DNA of 64,000 nt, taken from the NCBI GenBank assembly GCA_963783375.1, contig CAWANH010000028.1, positions 1,344,001 through 1,408,000 on the forward strand, read 5' to 3'. The stretch is from Candidatus Eiseniibacteriota bacterium. Lineage in GTDB: Bacteria; Eisenbacteria; RBG-16-71-46; JABDJR01. Numbering within the stretch: position 1 is the first letter of the stretch; every line of letters begins with the position of its first letter. Shown piece by piece: positions 37,801 through 46,638 of this stretch. Under the pieces are notes generated by a model. It did no database searches, was not told the DNA's origin, and saw only the letters and a list, made by a program, of their open reading frames with translations. The translations under genes were made by a program, and so were the position numbers.

Positions 37801-38671
37801 CCAGCGCTACCCCATCAACCTGAGGTATCCGAGGGAGCTCCGGGACAACGAGCAGGCATTGAAGCAGACCCTGATCTCCACCCCCTCGGGGGCCCAGATT
37901 CCGTTGGACCAGGTGGCGGAGTTCCGCATCCACAAGGGGCCGCCCATGATCAAGAGCGAGAACGCGAGGCTCACCAGCTGGGTGTTCGTGGACATCGCGG
38001 GCATCGACGTGGGAACGTACGTGGCCAACGCCCAGAAAGCGGTGGCCGCGCAGGTCGCTCTCCCCGCCGGATACAACATCGTGTGGTCCGGCCAGTACGA
38101 GTACATGCAGGCGGCGCGGCAACGGCTGATGATCGCCGTTCCCCTGGCCCTCGTCCTGATCGTGCTTCTCCTCTACATGGGCACCAGGAGTTGGGTCCAG
38201 GTCGCCATCGTGCTCCTGTCCCTGCCCTTCGCCCTGGTGGGGGCGATCTGGCTCCTGTGGGCCATGAAGTACAACCTGTCCCTGGCGGTCTGGGTCGGCA
38301 TGATCGCCCTGGCCGGTCTGGCCACCGAGACCGGAATCGTCATGCTCCTCTACCTCCAGACCAGCTACGAGCGGTTCAAGGCGGAGGGGCGGATGCGGGA
38401 CGCCAACGACCTCTGGTACGCGGTGTACGACGGAGCGGTCAAGCGGATCCGCCCCAAGACCATGACCGTGGTCGCCATCTTCATGGGCCTGGTCCCGCTC
38501 CTCTGGGCCCACGGAGCGGGGGCGGACACCATGCGCCGCCTGGCGGTGCCGATGATCGGCGGGGTGGGGACGAGCTTCATCCTGGAGCTTCTGGTGTTCC
38601 CGGTGATCTTCTACGTGGTCAAGGGGCTGAGTCTTCGCCGCCGGCTCCACGCCGAGTCGTCGAAGACCTGA
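34871..38671 (+). CDS. cusA: CusA-family heavy-metal RND permease (1266 aa, with insertions)
   Basis: DAIPDLSDVQV, GPDATGVGW, NIMSLGG; Met-triad motifs LYMPTT, PSMLET and WTMPIKTRIDML; KRIRPKTMT. Confidence 0.95.
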   Translation: MIAKLIELCVRNRGMVLLLTAFLVMAGIWSAYHITIDAIPDLSDVQVVIRTEYPGQAPQIVEDQVTYPLTTAMLAVPYAKVVRGYSMFGTSFVYIIFEDGTDLYWARSRVLEQLSSITGKLPSGVSPQLGPDATGVGWIYEYVLTTGKYCPDHPNGAWHDAVTDTWYAKPEDAPDEPEVRARLVHHRVFDDTRTVYVDRRENRRYETLQDVPAAMRASVEPVVLQKGYDRCPLDGKPLLRPDADLADLRGLQDWYLRYELSSVEGVSEIASLGGFVKQYQIVVDPVKLLAYNLPLSKVRHAIQRSNIDVGGRLIEQSETEYMVRGIGYLGSLTDSEIAAARKAGKSVNALRTRKALDELRKVSLGATTEGTPIYLSSVADVRVGPEIRRGVADWNGQGETVGGIVVMRFGENARRTIENVKEKLSSLEAGLPPGVALDVAYDRSDLIDRAVHTLNHTLIEEIAIVSLICILFLLHARSALVAAFVLPTGVLATLTIMNLLGINANIMSLGGIAISIGVMVDSSIIMVENAHKHIEYEKHKVEAGGPVRSRAAIIGEAAAEVGPSLFFALLIIVVSFLPIFVLGEQSGRLFKPLAYTKTFALACGAILAVTIIPVLMVFFISERVVPEAWSLRKRLSLYLGMILGPAAVLALIPLPHLHPYRWGMVLAWVVLSGLMILPQRIPSEHRNPLSRVLEAGYRPFFILAMRFRWLVLIGAVAAVAVTVVPLRHLGSEFMPPLEEGDLLYMPTTDPGISMTKARELVQQTDALIKAFPEVETVLGKAGRAETATDPAPPSMLETTITLRRDKDQWRRIPLHRFFSGWPGILRAPLRAIWPEARPITIDELVYGYNWPDGTHVPGLNEVVHIPGLTNSWTMPIKTRIDMLSTGIKTPVGVKIMGPDLATLSGLANQVAQVVKTSNGTGPYTVSAFPEKSVGGNYFDIHVDRDEIARYGLTVGDVQDVIMSAMGGMNVSGTVEGLQRYPINLRYPRELRDNEQALKQTLISTPSGAQIPLDQVAEFRIHKGPPMIKSENARLTSWVFVDIAGIDVGTYVANAQKAVAAQVALPAGYNIVWSGQYEYMQAARQRLMIAVPLALVLIVLLLYMGTRSWVQVAIVLLSLPFALVGAIWLLWAMKYNLSLAVWVGMIALAGLATETGIVMLLYLQTSYERFKAEGRMRDANDLWYAVYDGAVKRIRPKTMTVVAIFMGLVPLLWAHGAGADTMRRLAVPMIGGVGTSFILELLVFPVIFYVVKGLSLRRRLHAESSKT

Positions 38672-38682
38672 CACGCCTCCAA

Positions 38683-38714
38683 GAAAATCCCCCCGGGGCG
38701 GTGGCCCCGGGGGG
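38683..38714 (-). terminator. Rho-independent terminator of the S8 gene (possibly bidirectional)
   Basis: 11-bp stem CCCCCCGGGGC-N4-GCCCCGGGGGG followed by ATTTTCTT on the minus strand; a second hairpin is adjacent. Confidence 0.7.
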
Positions 38715-38777
38715 TGCCCCCCCCGGGCCGGGCCCGGGAGGGGGGTGCAGTTCGGCTGCGCGATGGTGCCTCGCCGG

Positions 38778-41700
38778 CTACTTCATGAGGAACATCCGCT
38801 TGGTGGCGGTGAAGGAGCCCGCGGTGAGGCGGTAGAAGTAGATCCCCGAAGCCAGGGAATGACCGGACCCGTCCCGGCCGTCCCAGGCACGGATGTGGGT
38901 CCCGGCGGGTAGCTGGTTCCGCTCCAGGACCCGCACCGCCCGTCCGGACACGTCGTAGATCACCAGGTTCACCGTCTCGTCCGCGGGCAGATCGAACGCG
39001 ATCCGGGTGGCCCCCAGGAAGGGGTTCGGAGCGTTCTGCCTGAGCGCGTGCGCGATCGGGAGGACCGGGCCGGTCCCGGTGAAGGCCCCGGTGATCTCGA
39101 AGGGATCGTCGCTCGAGTCGTACCCCATGATCCCCTGGTTGTCGTAGAGGTAGACCCGGAGCCGGGCCGTGCTCGAGATCGCGTCCGGGACCATCCAGGT
39201 GTAGGTCTCGGCCTGGATGTCCTGGGCGACCACGTTCCAGCTCACCCCGTCATCGGCGGTGTAGTAGAGATCGGCATGGTCCACGTTCCAGCCCTGGGGG
39301 TTGGTCCAGACCACGTCGACCGCTCCTCCGACCGGCAGGCGCTCGCCTCCGTTGGGAGACAGCACGTGCGGGTTGATGACCCGGATCACGTTTTCCGCCC
39401 GGAAGAACGCGGTGTCCAGGATCTCACCGGTCACCACCACGACGACCGAGTCACCCTCGCCCAGCACCGCCTCGACCGCGGACCGGCTGAACTTGAACTG
39501 GATAGCCGCGCCGATGTAGGAGACCTTGTTGGGATCGGCGGGCACGGTCCCGTTCAGGCGCACCGTCTCGATCACGATGTCGTGCGGATCGAACTCCGGC
39601 GGCAGCTCGACCTGGGCCGTCACGTACTTCCCGTTGCTGGACAGGTTCAACGTGTTCGGATTGACGCTGCTGCTGACGGCGTAGACCGTCCGCACGTGGA
39701 AGACCACCGCCATGTCCTCGCCGGCAGGATTGGCGGGGTCGTTGCTCGAGGCGTGAACGTTGCCGAAGTAGTCGTCCTCGGCCAGATCGGTGGCGTCCAT
39801 GGTCACGGTCAGATCGACGCACTCACCCGCCGCCAACACCCCGGACTCGGGGGAGACGGAGAGCCACTGCGGCCGGGAGCTGAACAGGATGGCCAGGTTC
39901 TCATGGGCGTAGGCGTCGTTGTACGCCACGGTCAGCCCGTCGTCCTGGGTCCCGTTCTGGATCCCGATGGTGGCACTGTCGAGCGGCCCCGTGAGGCTCA
40001 GGTACTGGTACAGGATGTTGCCGTTCGGATAGAGGATCACCTCGTACGAGAAGTACGGAGCGGTGAAGTACCCCAGCTTCCGGACGTGGTCGAACTGGAA
40101 GACGGTCCTGGTGCCGTCGTAGTAGTAGTACGCGGCGCCCCCGTTGCTCTCGTCGTAGACCATGTCGTCCCAGAACAAGGCCAGCAGGTTCTCCGGAGCC
40201 CCGCCGTTGGGCAGCGGCTGGTTCGAGTAGCTGGTGGCGCTCGATGTGAAGCTCAACCACCCGTTCGTGCAGGCGCGGACGTCCGAGAAGCTCTGCCCGT
40301 AGAAGGGGAAGCTGAACCCGATGGGCAGCGCCCCCGAGTTCGCGTCGTCCCGGTAGCTGCCGCCGAAGTCGATCGGCGTTCCGACCCCGCTGATGTCGAC
40401 CCAGTCGAAGGCCGGCCCGGTGGGATCGTCGCTGTCGATCCAGGTGTAGCCGTAGGCGTCGGGTCCACCGCTGCCCAGGATTCCGGGCCGGGGATCGACG
40501 GGTTGGGCGGCGCCCTCCACGTCGGTTCCCTTGGGAATCTCCTGGTAGCCGTAGGCCTGGACGCTCTGGCTCCCGCTCGTCTCACCCCAGGTCATGCTGT
40601 AGGTGAGGTCGCTCCCGCCGGTGTTGCAGAGGGTCATGGTCTTGGTCTGCACGTCGCCGGGGAGGGAGGCTCCGATCATGGTTTCCGGGGCCATGGTCAT
40701 GGCCGGCGGGTCCACTCCGACCCCGGCCAGATTGACCATGTGCGGCGAATCCGGATCGTTGCTCATCACCGTGAGCAGACTGTTCCGGGGTCCGGATGCG
40801 CTCGGGGAGAAGGCGACCCGGACGGTCTGGCTCTGGAGGGGCTCCAGCTCCAGGGTCGAGGGATCCACGCTGTAGTCCCCGAGTCCCGGCGTCATCGACG
40901 ACACCGAGAGGTGATCGGTCCCGATGTTGGTGACCACGAGGTCCAGGGTGTCGGGGTAGCCGACGTAGACGTCCCCGAAATCCACCGTGGTGGGATCGAA
41001 CCCGATCCGCGCCACCCCGGTGACGTCCAGGGTCGCGGCCACGCTCAGGAGCCCGTGGGCGGGATCGTTGGAGAGGACCTGAACCGCGCCCTCGTAGCGG
41101 CCGCCGAAGAGGCCGGCTGCGTTGAAGAGCACGTTGATCGTCGCGCTTCCGCCGGGGGGAATGATCCCCGAGGCCGGGTTGGCGCTCAACCAGTCCGGGG
41201 ACGTCGCGAGGCGGATGGCCATGGCGTCGTGCAGGTAATCGTCGTTGTACACGACGTTCAGGCCGTCGTCCCTGGCGTCGTTCTGGATCCCCACCGTGCA
41301 GCTGTTCAAGGTCGATCCGAGGGTGAGGTACTGGTAGATGATCGACCCGTTCGGGTAGAGCAGGATCTCGAACGTGTAATACGGCGGAGTCGTGTTGTTG
41401 TACTTCAGGACGCTGTCGTACTGGATGATCAGCTTGGATCCGTCGTACTCGTAGTACACCTCGCCGCCGTAGGCCGGGTCCACGACCATGTCGTCCCAGA
41501 AGGGGGCCAGCAGGTTCTCCGGCCCGCCCGCGCTGGGAAGCGGATCGTTGCTGAGATCGGTGGTGGTGTTGGTGAAGCTCACCCAGCCGTTGCTCGACAC
41601 CCGGAAGGTGTTGAACACGTTCCCGTAGAACGAAAAGTCGAACCCGATCGGGAACGGGCCGTGGTTGACGTCGTCGGACCGGCTCGAGAACACGGGAGTG

Positions 41701-44700
41701 CCCGTGCCCGAGATGTCCACCCAGTCGAACACCGGCCCACCCGGATCGTCGCTGTCCTTCCAGCTGTAGCCGAAGTTGTCCGGCCCGCCGCTCCCCAGGA
41801 TCCCGAGGCGCGGGTCGACAGCGTCCTTGGCCAGATCCAGGGCGTCGGCCACCACCACCTGGGTTCCGAAGGCGGTGAGGGAGCGCGTATCGTAGGTGAG
41901 ATCGCTCCCCCCGGTGTTGGAGAGCACGAAGCTCTGGCTCTCCGCCTCGCCGGTCAGGAGATCGGCGTAGAGGCTGTCCGGACTCACCCCGGCCACCGGG
42001 GCGATCAGTCCCTCTCCGGTGAGATCCACGACGACGGTGGCTTCGTCGGCGTCGTTGCTCCCGATGGAGAGATGCCCCACGTCCGGACCGGCCGAGGTCG
42101 GTCCGTAGCGTACGGTGATCAGAGCCTCCTGGAGCGGGCTCAGGTTCAGCGGCAGCGAAACGCCGCTGAAGTCCACCGTGAAGTCCGAATCGTCCGACGT
42201 GATCGAGCTCACGGTGAGGAGGTCGGTCCCCACGTTGGCGATCCGGAAGGTCAACAGGTCCGGATAGCCCACGAACACCTGTCCGAAGTCCAGGGCCAGA
42301 GGGTTCACATCGATGTCCGGAGCCCCGGTCACGTTCAGGGTGGCGGGCACCTCCACCTGGGGCGCCGCCGGGTCGTTGGTGTTCACGTTCACGAACCCCT
42401 CGTAGCGGCCGCCGAAAAGGCCCTCCGCATTGAAGCGAACGTTGACGTGGGCGGTGTCGCCGGGGGCCACGGTCCCGGCCAGGGGATTGGCGCTCATCCA
42501 GTCGGGGGAGGAGGCGATGCGGATGGCCATGTCCTCGTGTACGTAGGTCGCGTTGTACACGACGGTGAGCCCGTCATCCTTGGTCGCGTTCTGGATCCCG
42601 ATGGTGACGCTGTTCTGGATGGCCCCCAGGGTGAGGTACTGGTAGAGGATGGTGCCGTTCGGGTAGAGCTGCACCTGGAAGGTGAAGTAGGGCCCTCCCG
42701 ACTGGCCGTAGTGGATGACGTTGTCGTACTGGACGATCAGCTTCGATCCGTCGTTGTAGTAGAAGACCTGCCCGCCCTGGGCGAAGTCCACCTTCATGTC
42801 GTCCCAGAAGACGGCCAGGAGGTTCTCGGGAACGCTGGAGCCGTCGTTGGGCAGGGCCACGTTGGAATAACCGGTCAGGCTGCTCGTGAAGCTGATCCAG
42901 CCGTTGGAGCAGACCCGGAAATCGCTGAACGTGTTCCCGTAGAAGTTGAAGTCGAAGCCGATCGGGAAGGGACCGGTGTTCCCGTCGTCGGCGGTGCTGG
43001 TGAAGACCGGCGTGCCGACGCCCGAGATGTCCGTCCAGTCGAAGAGCGGCCCGCCGACTTCGTCGCTGTCGATCCACTGGTAGCCGAAGCTGTCGGGCCC
43101 CCCGCTTCCCAGCACGCCCGGGTTGGAATCCGCGGCGCCCTTGGGCAGCTCCCCGGCCGAGGTGTACTGGGTCACCTGGGTGCCCAGATCCACCGCGATG
43201 TCGTAGTCCAGGTTCGCCCCGCCGTTGTTGGCGATGGTGAGCACCTGGTTCTCGGTTTGCCCGGTCAGCAGGTTGGAGGTCAGCGACGCCGGGTCGACCT
43301 GGAACTGGGGCGGCTCCACCCCCTCGCCGGCCAGGGACACCACCACCGAGGGGTTGTCGGGGTCGTCGCTGGCCAGGGTCATGGTGGCCGGGTACAGCTG
43401 GACGAGGGTCGGCGCGAAAATTACGTCCAGCCCCAGGCTCGACCGCGGCGGTACCGCGAACGAGGTCATGCCCGGCGTGTACGCCGCATCGCTCATCGAG
43501 ACGCTCGACACGTGGAGGGTGTCGGTCCCCGGGTTCCGCACCGCGAAGGTGTGGCTCGGGGTGGCCCCCAGGAACACCTGACCGAAGTCGAAGGACAGGG
43601 GCTCCACCGCGATGTCGGGGGCGCCGATGACGGTCAGGGTCACCGGGATGTCGAACGGGTTCTCATCGGGATCGTTGCTCCCGACGTGGATGGTCCCGTC
43701 GTAGGTCCCGCCCAGGAGCCCGCCGGCGTCGAAGGTCACGCCCAGGGTGGTGTTCCCGGGGCCGAACACCGTGCCGGCCGAGGGGCTCACCGTCATCCAC
43801 TGGGGAACCGCCTGGATACGGACGGCCAGGTTGTCGTGGACGTAGGCGGTGTTGAAGGCGACGTTGAATCCGTCGTTCTGCGCCGCGTTCTGGATCCCGA
43901 TGGTGGCGCTGTTGTTGGGGCTCCCCATGGAGAGATACTGGTACTCGATGCTCCCGTCGTCGTGCAGGATGGCCTGGAAGGAGTACGGCCCGCCGCCGCC
44001 GTAGTGGGCGACGTTGTTCCACTGCACGATCAGGGAGGACCCGTCGCTCTCGTAGTAGACGCCGCCTCCCGCAGCCACGTTCAGGTCGTCCCAGAAGGGG
44101 GCGATCAGGGTGGGGGGAGCGCCGGTGTTGGGGAGCGGCTGGTTGCCGTAGGCGGTGGAGTTGCTGGTCAGGCTCACGAACCCGTTCGAGCACACCCGGA
44201 AGTCGCTGTAGTCGACCCCGTAGAACGGGAAGGTGAATCCGATCGGGAAGGGACCGTTGTTGGTGTCGTCACCGGTGGTGATCGCCGCGGTCCCCGTGCC
44301 CGAGATGTCGGTCCACTGGAAGACGGGTCCGTAGGACTCGTCGCTGTCCACCCAGCGGTACCCGAAGGCGTCGGGGCCGCCGAAGCTGTCGATCACCGGA
44401 TCCCCGGTCCGCGCGTCCACCCCGCCCTTCGGAACGTCCACGAAGGCCTGGACGACCACCGGGTTGGTGATCAGCTCGGGGAGCGGGATCTCGAAGTCGA
44501 GGGTGGTGTTGGAGTTGAGGTTGCTCAGGGTGAGGTTCTGGAGCGAGGTGGCCCCGGTGAGGAGAGTCTCGGTCAGCGAGGTCGGCGTCACGTCGATGTC
44601 CGGCGCGCCCAGGGTGGTTCCCGAGGGGACGTTGGACAGCGGGCCGGCGTTTCCGAACTCGTCCAGGGCCTTCACCGCGAAGTAGTAGGTGGTGCTGAAA

Positions 44701-46235
44701 TCGAGTCCCGAGACCTGCATGGATTCCGGGGTTCCGGCGGCGCCGGGATCCGGAGGATTGTCGGCCGAGGTGGCCGACGAGAAGTTGGCCGGAGTGATCG
44801 CGCTCGTGGAGTAGCGCACATCGTAGCGGCTGGCGGTCCCGGTGTTGCCGTCGTCGCCCGGGGCCGTCCACGCGACGGTCATCCAGTTCGAGGCGGTCCC
44901 GGTCACGGCCAGGTCGGTGATCGCGCCCGGCGGAATGCTGTCCGGTTCCGCGATGGGCAGGAACGCGTTCAGCCGTGCCCCGGTGATGCACTTCCCGGTC
45001 AGGGACGGAATCGGGTCCGCGAAGTTCATGAGCAGGTTCTTCGCGTCGAGCGCCCCGATGTTGGGGAAGCGCCCGAAGATGAGCCCGAGGGCCCCCGAAA
45101 CGTGCGGGGTAGCCATCGAGGTGCCGCTGATCGAGCCGTAGGAGTTTCCCGGGAAGGTGGATAGGATGTCCACGCCGGGAGCGCCGAGGTCGACCGTGGT
45201 GGCGCCGTAGTTGGAGAAGTCGGCCAGCAGGTCGTCGTGGTCGGTGGCGGCCACCGAGACGATGTTGGGAAGATCGTAGGCCCCCGGGTAGTGGGGGTTC
45301 ACATCCATGTTGGCCCCCTCGTTCCCGGCCGCGGCGACGAAGAGGATGTTGTGGGCCCCGGCGTCCTGGATGGCGTCGTAGAGGGTCTGGGAGAAGCCGC
45401 CGCCTCCCCAGCTGTTGCTGGTGAGCCTTACCCCCATCATGGTGGCGTAGTAGACGGCGTCCACCGCGTCGTCGGTATAACCGGAGCCGCTGGAGTCCAG
45501 GAACTTGAGCCCCATGATCCTGATGTGCCAGTTCACACCGGCCACGCCGATCCCGTTGTTCCCGACCGCCCCGATGGTCCCGGACACGTGGCTCCCGTGT
45601 CCGGCGTCGTCCATGGGATCGTTATCGTTGTTGACGAAGTCCCATCCGTGGATGTCGTCGATGAACCCGTTCCCGTCGTCGTCGATCCCGTTCCCGGGGA
45701 TCTCGCCGGGGTTGGTCCAGATGTTGGCGGCGAGGTCGGGATGGGTGTAGTCCACGCCGGTGTCGATGACCCCGACCAGCACCGAATCCGACCCGGTGAA
45801 GACGTCCCATGCGTTGGTGGCGTGGATGTCCGCTCCCGCGGTGCCCCCGGTCTGTCCGGTGTTCTGCATGCCCCAGAGCTGCGGGAACATGGGGTCGTCG
45901 GGCACCTCATCGGCGGTGAGGACGTAGTTCGGTTCCGCGTACTCGACCTTGGGGTTTCCCTGGAGGCGGGCGATGGCCTCTTCCACCGTCATCCCGTCCT
46001 CGAGGTGGTTGAGTTCCGAGCGGATCCGGCCCCATGCTTTCATCTTCTGGCCGTGGATCTCGCCGCGGATCTGGTCCTTTTCGGCATGGGTGGTGTTCAC
46101 CTTGTACTTGACGATGATTTCGTTCGATGCGTGCGGGATGCCTCCCTGGTCCGCGGGCACCGGCGTCGCCGGTATGATCGCGGCGACCACGAGGAGGGCT
46201 AGCATCAGGGAAAAGAAGATCCCCAGCCTGGACAT
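38778..46235 (-). CDS. Giant secreted S8 serine peptidase (2485 aa) with FN3, tandem repeat modules and FlgD-Ig tail
   Basis: Signal peptide; triad VIDTGVD, HGSHVSG and GTSMATPHV; C-terminal NAPNPF...IYDVSGR...WDG...SGIYFYRL; RBS GGAGG. Confidence 0.93.
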   Translation of the reverse strand: MSRLGIFFSLMLALLVVAAIIPATPVPADQGGIPHASNEIIVKYKVNTTHAEKDQIRGEIHGQKMKAWGRIRSELNHLEDGMTVEEAIARLQGNPKVEYAEPNYVLTADEVPDDPMFPQLWGMQNTGQTGGTAGADIHATNAWDVFTGSDSVLVGVIDTGVDYTHPDLAANIWTNPGEIPGNGIDDDGNGFIDDIHGWDFVNNDNDPMDDAGHGSHVSGTIGAVGNNGIGVAGVNWHIRIMGLKFLDSSGSGYTDDAVDAVYYATMMGVRLTSNSWGGGGFSQTLYDAIQDAGAHNILFVAAAGNEGANMDVNPHYPGAYDLPNIVSVAATDHDDLLADFSNYGATTVDLGAPGVDILSTFPGNSYGSISGTSMATPHVSGALGLIFGRFPNIGALDAKNLLMNFADPIPSLTGKCITGARLNAFLPIAEPDSIPPGAITDLAVTGTASNWMTVAWTAPGDDGNTGTASRYDVRYSTSAITPANFSSATSADNPPDPGAAGTPESMQVSGLDFSTTYYFAVKALDEFGNAGPLSNVPSGTTLGAPDIDVTPTSLTETLLTGATSLQNLTLSNLNSNTTLDFEIPLPELITNPVVVQAFVDVPKGGVDARTGDPVIDSFGGPDAFGYRWVDSDESYGPVFQWTDISGTGTAAITTGDDTNNGPFPIGFTFPFYGVDYSDFRVCSNGFVSLTSNSTAYGNQPLPNTGAPPTLIAPFWDDLNVAAGGGVYYESDGSSLIVQWNNVAHYGGGGPYSFQAILHDDGSIEYQYLSMGSPNNSATIGIQNAAQNDGFNVAFNTAYVHDNLAVRIQAVPQWMTVSPSAGTVFGPGNTTLGVTFDAGGLLGGTYDGTIHVGSNDPDENPFDIPVTLTVIGAPDIAVEPLSFDFGQVFLGATPSHTFAVRNPGTDTLHVSSVSMSDAAYTPGMTSFAVPPRSSLGLDVIFAPTLVQLYPATMTLASDDPDNPSVVVSLAGEGVEPPQFQVDPASLTSNLLTGQTENQVLTIANNGGANLDYDIAVDLGTQVTQYTSAGELPKGAADSNPGVLGSGGPDSFGYQWIDSDEVGGPLFDWTDISGVGTPVFTSTADDGNTGPFPIGFDFNFYGNTFSDFRVCSNGWISFTSSLTGYSNVALPNDGSSVPENLLAVFWDDMKVDFAQGGQVFYYNDGSKLIVQYDNVIHYGQSGGPYFTFQVQLYPNGTILYQYLTLGAIQNSVTIGIQNATKDDGLTVVYNATYVHEDMAIRIASSPDWMSANPLAGTVAPGDTAHVNVRFNAEGLFGGRYEGFVNVNTNDPAAPQVEVPATLNVTGAPDIDVNPLALDFGQVFVGYPDLLTFRIANVGTDLLTVSSITSDDSDFTVDFSGVSLPLNLSPLQEALITVRYGPTSAGPDVGHLSIGSNDADEATVVVDLTGEGLIAPVAGVSPDSLYADLLTGEAESQSFVLSNTGGSDLTYDTRSLTAFGTQVVVADALDLAKDAVDPRLGILGSGGPDNFGYSWKDSDDPGGPVFDWVDISGTGTPVFSSRSDDVNHGPFPIGFDFSFYGNVFNTFRVSSNGWVSFTNTTTDLSNDPLPSAGGPENLLAPFWDDMVVDPAYGGEVYYEYDGSKLIIQYDSVLKYNNTTPPYYTFEILLYPNGSIIYQYLTLGSTLNSCTVGIQNDARDDGLNVVYNDDYLHDAMAIRLATSPDWLSANPASGIIPPGGSATINVLFNAAGLFGGRYEGAVQVLSNDPAHGLLSVAATLDVTGVARIGFDPTTVDFGDVYVGYPDTLDLVVTNIGTDHLSVSSMTPGLGDYSVDPSTLELEPLQSQTVRVAFSPSASGPRNSLLTVMSNDPDSPHMVNLAGVGVDPPAMTMAPETMIGASLPGDVQTKTMTLCNTGGSDLTYSMTWGETSGSQSVQAYGYQEIPKGTDVEGAAQPVDPRPGILGSGGPDAYGYTWIDSDDPTGPAFDWVDISGVGTPIDFGGSYRDDANSGALPIGFSFPFYGQSFSDVRACTNGWLSFTSSATSYSNQPLPNGGAPENLLALFWDDMVYDESNGGAAYYYYDGTRTVFQFDHVRKLGYFTAPYFSYEVILYPNGNILYQYLSLTGPLDSATIGIQNGTQDDGLTVAYNDAYAHENLAILFSSRPQWLSVSPESGVLAAGECVDLTVTMDATDLAEDDYFGNVHASSNDPANPAGEDMAVVFHVRTVYAVSSSVNPNTLNLSSNGKYVTAQVELPPEFDPHDIVIETVRLNGTVPADPNKVSYIGAAIQFKFSRSAVEAVLGEGDSVVVVVTGEILDTAFFRAENVIRVINPHVLSPNGGERLPVGGAVDVVWTNPQGWNVDHADLYYTADDGVSWNVVAQDIQAETYTWMVPDAISSTARLRVYLYDNQGIMGYDSSDDPFEITGAFTGTGPVLPIAHALRQNAPNPFLGATRIAFDLPADETVNLVIYDVSGRAVRVLERNQLPAGTHIRAWDGRDGSGHSLASGIYFYRLTAGSFTATKRMFLMK
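39690..44610 (-). repeat. Four intragenic tandem modules of about 430 aa
   Basis: GGPDxxGYxWxDSD...GPxFxWxDISG begins at 44381, 43103, 41789 and 40469 (spacing 1278, 1314 and 1320 nt); outer bounds approximate. Confidence 0.85.
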
Positions 46236-46638
46236 GGTTCTACCTCCGACTGGAATTGAGGGGATGCCGCAACAGGAATGCACCGATCCCGTGCAGGCAA
46301 GCACGTGGCATCACGACGACCCCCCCGGTGGGTCCTTGTTCGACGAACAGGTCGGGAGGCGGTTCAGGGGTCGGAGGCCGTTTCCGTACGGGACCGGGGA
46401 GGGCTATCCAAGTTGCCGGTCCCGGAGGTGAGGGCCCAAGCTTCGGGATCCGAAGCGCCTGACCAAACTCCCCAGCGTAGCCCATTCTTACTACTTTCAG
46501 GCTTGAACTGGCAATGATTTTTACAATCAGTACATACTTTGTCACCACCCCGCAGGAGCGAAGTCAATTTCAGCGCAGTTTCCGGCAGCGGAAGGAGTTC
46601 CCCGGCCGGGAGGCCGGCGCCGGACCGCCTGTCTCCGT

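Noticed and set aside
39048-45164. 2038-aa + strand ORF and other long antisense ORFs (8-1378, 8012-10921, 29401-32883, 33317-36487, 48919-52614, 56670-59441)
   Set aside because: Shadow frames of real opposite-strand genes caused by high GC3; they contain no recognisable motifs.
46236-46560. Riboswitch or sigma54 promoter in the S8 leader
   Set aside because: Only a generic hairpin; no c-di-GMP or other consensus, and the GG-N10-GC spacing is not met.
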